The notes beneath the pieces are model-generated. The model saw nothing but the letters and a program-made list of their open reading frames with translations. It did not search any database and was not told the DNA's origin. DNA of 64,000 bases from Candidatus Latescibacterota bacterium (GTDB taxonomy: Bacteria > Latescibacterota > UBA2968 > UBA8231), in assembly GCA_965219385.1 (NCBI GenBank), contig CBDCNM010000002.1, positions 3,606,305-3,670,304 of the forward strand. The letters are read 5' to 3'. The first letter of the stretch is position 1; each line of letters begins with the position of its first letter. This document shows positions 60,386 to 64,000 of the stretch, piece by piece. The position numbers and the translations under genes were made by a program.

Positions 60386-61375
60386 CTATTTATAGTCGTC
60401 CTTTTTAGAGTCCCACCATTTCGTGTACTCCTGCCAAGATATGAAATTCTTGCCAACTTTGGACTCCTCATTCAAGAGTCGACACGCTTTGTCGAGACAT
60501 CTCAGACTGGGCGTATTGATCATAATATCTATCAGAAACTGAATACGATCCTGCTTGCTCAAATGCTGAGCCCTCCAGACCGTTTTCATGATCGTCGTTT
60601 GGTAAATCGGCCTCAACTGTCGCATGGCACGCTCAAACGCAGATATGTCTGCTGTGTCCAGATCGATACCCAACTCCTTCCATTTGATCGGGTATTCTAG
60701 GAGGTTCAAGATTTCGATCTCCTTTGGGAGGTTCGAGATAAGAGCACGCGCCTGAGATAATCGCGGATCGGAGGGGTTCCGGAATATCTTCATGATACTG
60801 TCAAAGGCAATGCGGTCATCACTCCTAACACGGATAGCGAGCTCATAGAACTCTGACAGTGACTGAAGTTGTGATAGAGCGTTACCTGCGTGCGTTAGGC
60901 TTTCGTCTATCTTTTCCAATCGCGGGGCGATCTTGGTGCGAAGCTTCTCCTCGATCACTTCGTCCGCTGTCGCATCGATACGTGCGACAGCCTGCTGTGT
61001 GACGACTTGCTCCATGAGTCTCTGAATTTTGGTGTCTTCGAAGCGACGAGCGATTTCGTCCTTCATTCTTGTGTTTGCCTCCTCAAGGCTCTTTTCAACG
61101 TCATCCGTGATGACCTCGATCACATCATGGACTTTGCGGCCGGTAGCGTAATCAACGATTTGAAAGCCCACCCAAACAGTCCCAATTACACCGAGGAAAA
61201 GCCCACCCCAGAACCCCCATGATCGCCGCATATACTTGGCGACCTGCCTCAGTTCGTCGGGAGATAGAGTACCCCTGAGCGATGCCACATTAACAAACGG
61301 GACTTTGCATCGATCACATTTTATTAGAAGAGCATCCTTGGGAGGCAGCCGACAGACTGGACAGACCTTGTTCAT
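60386..61375 (-). CDS. Hypothetical membrane protein (Zn-ribbon, TM, coiled coil), probable integron cassette ORF
   Basis: CPVC...CDRC, one TM segment; starts about 20 bp after the attC R' site; AT-richer. Confidence 0.65.
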   Translation of the reverse strand: MNKVCPVCRLPPKDALLIKCDRCKVPFVNVASLRGTLSPDELRQVAKYMRRSWGFWGGLFLGVIGTVWVGFQIVDYATGRKVHDVIEVITDDVEKSLEEANTRMKDEIARRFEDTKIQRLMEQVVTQQAVARIDATADEVIEEKLRTKIAPRLEKIDESLTHAGNALSQLQSLSEFYELAIRVRSDDRIAFDSIMKIFRNPSDPRLSQARALISNLPKEIEILNLLEYPIKWKELGIDLDTADISAFERAMRQLRPIYQTTIMKTVWRAQHLSKQDRIQFLIDIMINTPSLRCLDKACRLLNEESKVGKNFISWQEYTKWWDSKKDDYK

Positions 61376-61396
61376 ATATGCGTTTTCCTTCTTGAT

Positions 61397-61455
61397 GCTT
61401 AACGTCAAAAGTAACTGGCGTGCGTCAGCACGTCCAGTTCACTACCTTGTTGGCC
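61397..61455 (-). other. Integron attC site (59-base element)
   Basis: GGCCAAC-AAGGT-AGTGAACT-GGACGTGCTGACGCACGCC-AGTTACT-TTTGAC-GTTAAGC: R''/L''/L'/R' boxes with two extrahelical bases. Confidence 0.85.
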
Positions 61456-61459
61456 AGGT

Positions 61460-61918
61460 TCAGTTCTTATTGTATCCATACTTTCCTCTTGAGAGCATAA
61501 CTTCTTTCCAGAATCCCTCCCTCTCGATAATCGCACTGTCATCCGTCTTCATCGGTCGATATTCCAACAGCGACATCCGGAAGTTCTTCACGGCGTAATC
61601 ATCACCCTTCTGCCCTATCAACTTTATGAGTTCATCATTCCAACCATGTCCTGTGCCGATGTAGCAACTCCATCGTGCCCAAATGCCAGAATCGCCGTAT
61701 GCAGAGCCCACATACCTCTTCCCATTGGACTTGTCAGTTACCATATAGACGCCTTTAACATTCTGGAGCGCCGCCTTCCAATCTGGTCTTTCTGTCTCGA
61801 ACACCGTGCGAAGTGTTGAGAAATCATGATTGATATATTCATAGCCTGGGAAGGCCTCACCAGAGTAAGGTCGCTGTAGGATCTCAGAAACAACCATATC
61901 TCCCAAGTACCTTTCTAA
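61460..61918 (-). pseudogene. GIY-YIG nuclease family gene, 5' part cut off by IS insertion
   Basis: FPGYE, GVYMVTDKSNGKRYVGSAYG..GIWARW, RE..WK..L.SR..GYN.N; frame stays open to the IS end. Confidence 0.85.
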
Positions 61919-63367
61919 GCTCGACTTTATCCAAAAGAAATGACAGCGGTCCGAGAAACTCCTAGTATAGATGGTGTCGAATCATCTCTACGATCAAGGA
62001 GATTGTCATGGGACCGCTGCCACCGGCTATAATACAATTTATGTCGTATTTTGCCCCCCTTTTTTCTCATCGGGTATGGCCTCATGCTCAGGTGTTGTTG
62101 ACCGGCGCGATCCTGGCACCGGGAAAACGCACGGTCAGTGCCCTTTTGCGCGTGATGGGTTTGGACCACCGGTCTGATTTTCAAACCTATCACCGGGTGC
62201 TCAATCGCTGCGTATGGTCTAGTCTTCAAGGCAGCCGGCTCCTGTTGCATGTACTCCTCGCTACTTTTACCCCACGCGGCCGGTTGGTTTTTGGCCTGGA
62301 CGATACGATTGAGCGCCGTCGAGGCGATCACATTGCGGCCAAGGGCATCTATCGCGATCCGGTGCGCTCTAGTCAGGGGTACTTTGTCAAAGCCAGTGGG
62401 TTACGCTGGTTGTCGCTGATGTTGCTGGTGCCCGTATCCTGGGCCGACCGTATCTGGGCATTGCCTTTCTTGACGGTGTTATGTCCGTCCGAGCGCTATT
62501 ATCAGGCACGGGGTCGATCGCATCAACCGCTGCTACAGCGCGCCCAACAGATGCTGCGTCTGCTGGCGCGCTGGGTGCCGACGCGTAGCGTAGTCGTGGT
62601 AGCCGACCAAGCCTTTTCGGCGTTGGCCTTTCTGGATGCGGTCCGTCATCAGGTAGCCGTCATCACCCGCTTGCGCTTAGATGCGGCACTCTTTGAGCCG
62701 GCCCCACCTCGGCCGACCGGTACCGTCGGTCGACCGCGCTGCAAAGGGGACCGGTTACCTACCCTCCAAGCGCGATTAGATGATCCCAATACCCGCTGGC
62801 AAGAGCTAACGATAAACGCATGGTATGCCACCGGAAAACGCGCCATCCATATCGTTTCGGGCACGGCCGTGTGGTATCACTCCGGTTTGCCATCGGTGCC
62901 CATCCGCTGGCTTTTGGTCAAAGAGCCCAACGGGCAGTTCCCCCCCCAAGCATTTCTCAGCACGGACGAAACAATCACACCGCAGCAGATGCTGACCTTT
63001 TTCATCCAGCGCTGGACGGTCGAAACTACCTTTGAAGAAGCGCGCGCCCATCTCGGTATGGAAACGCAACGGCAGTGGAATGACCAGGCCATTGCTCGGG
63101 GCACCCCCTTGGTGTTGGCCTTATTCGCTATGGTGGCGCTCCTGGCTCATACCCTCATCCAAAAAACAGCCTGTAGCGTCCGACAAACTGCTTGGTATAG
63201 CAAAACAAAACCCACTTTTTCGGATGCACTGGCTTGGGTCCGAAAACACATCTGGCAACATTTTTCAAGGTCAACTCCACACCCAGACAGGCAAAAACCA
63301 ACAGCTGGAATCGTCGAACGCCTTATCGATATCGTTTGCTATGCTACATAAATGGATAAAGTCGAGC
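61919..63367 (+). mobile_element. IS701-like insertion sequence
   Basis: Perfect 15-bp TIRs GCTCGACTTTATCCA / TGGATAAAGTCGAGC; TAA on both flanks. Confidence 0.9.
62008..63351 (+). CDS. DDE transposase (IS701-like)
   Basis: GLDDTIERR, VVADQAF and RWTVETTFEEARAHLG motifs. Confidence 0.92.
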   Translation: MGPLPPAIIQFMSYFAPLFSHRVWPHAQVLLTGAILAPGKRTVSALLRVMGLDHRSDFQTYHRVLNRCVWSSLQGSRLLLHVLLATFTPRGRLVFGLDDTIERRRGDHIAAKGIYRDPVRSSQGYFVKASGLRWLSLMLLVPVSWADRIWALPFLTVLCPSERYYQARGRSHQPLLQRAQQMLRLLARWVPTRSVVVVADQAFSALAFLDAVRHQVAVITRLRLDAALFEPAPPRPTGTVGRPRCKGDRLPTLQARLDDPNTRWQELTINAWYATGKRAIHIVSGTAVWYHSGLPSVPIRWLLVKEPNGQFPPQAFLSTDETITPQQMLTFFIQRWTVETTFEEARAHLGMETQRQWNDQAIARGTPLVLALFAMVALLAHTLIQKTACSVRQTAWYSKTKPTFSDALAWVRKHIWQHFSRSTPHPDRQKPTAGIVERLIDIVCYAT

Positions 63368-63370
63368 TAA

Positions 63371-64000
63371 GAAGCTGTTTTAGAATTCAGATTTTCCACC
63401 GATTCTCTTGACCAAGAGGTGAATCATCGCAATGTAAATAAAGGCTTCGCTATTTCGGGGTAGGACTTCATAGTCCTTGGAAAGGCGCCGAAAATTCAAT
63501 AACCAGGCAAAGGTGCGCTCCACCACCCAACGCCATTTCATCACTTGAAATCCCTGGCCTTCTCGCTGGACCACTGCCAGGTCAATTTTGTGCGTCCGCT
63601 TCAAACTTGCAACCCATGCCTTGATGGCCTCGCCGCGATACCCACCATCGACCCATAGCTTTCGAAGGCGGGTCAAGCCAGCGGCAAAATAGGCTTTGAG
63701 CAACACCTTCAACCCGTCCGGATCGGCACCGTCGGCAGGCGAGACAAACGCGGAGATGATAAGCCCCAAGGGGTCAACAAGGAGAGGGCGCTTGCGGCCA
63801 TTGACCTTCTTGCCAGCATCATAACCCTTTGATTCACCTTGGGTTGCAGTCTTGATGCTTGGGCTGTCTATAGAGCCTGCCGAAGCGGTGGGCTTGCGGC
63901 CTTGACGGCGCCTTTCCCTTCTGGAGAGTGCCGGATGGATCTGCCTCCAGATGCCTTTTTTGCTCCAGGTGTTGAATACCCATACACGGTTTGCCAGCAC
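63371..64000 (-). mobile_element. IS5-family element with a frameshifted, decayed transposase (runs off window)
   Basis: IDSxS, GYDAGKKVNGRKR, WVDGGY, RWVVERTFAWL...RRLSKDYE; end GAAGCTGTTTTAGAATT; 1-nt deletion after WQTVYGY. Confidence 0.85.

Overview
High-GC bacterial chromosomal segment. The gene style resembles Latescibacterota-type metagenome genomes, but that is an impression only. Bases 1-41 kb hold housekeeping and catabolic genes: a partial sigma-70 factor, two cold-shock paralogues, SDRs, a CDF transporter, a GMC oxidoreductase, a degenerate M23 plus bactofilin, CIRCE-controlled groEL, lipB, icd, moaC, argF, nrnA, PPIases, mfd, an orphan rfbA, an E1a/E1b/E2 dehydrogenase cluster and a large glycoside hydrolase, with several gene remnants. 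From about 41.5 to 59.3 kb, between two ~140-160 bp direct repeats, lies a defence island built on a type I R-M system whose genes are separated by cargo. HsdM is fused in frame to a PIN toxin domain. An AT-rich unknown-group/Abi-type reverse transcriptase followed by ~500 bp of strongly self-complementary non-coding DNA (candidate RT + ncRNA antiphage system, the top finding) sits between hsdM and hsdS. A Dam-like MTase / ParB-like / PD-(D/E)XK-like triad and several TA modules sit between hsdS and hsdR. The same interval also carries an ECF sigma factor fused to a beta-clamp (DnaN)-like domain. The right end has a 59-bp integron attC site between two cassette-like genes, one interrupted by adjacent IS701-like and decayed IS5-family elements. 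A 200-bp MITE with IS5-like ends sits upstream of mfd. All calls come from motif recognition by eye; no database searches or folding programs were run.
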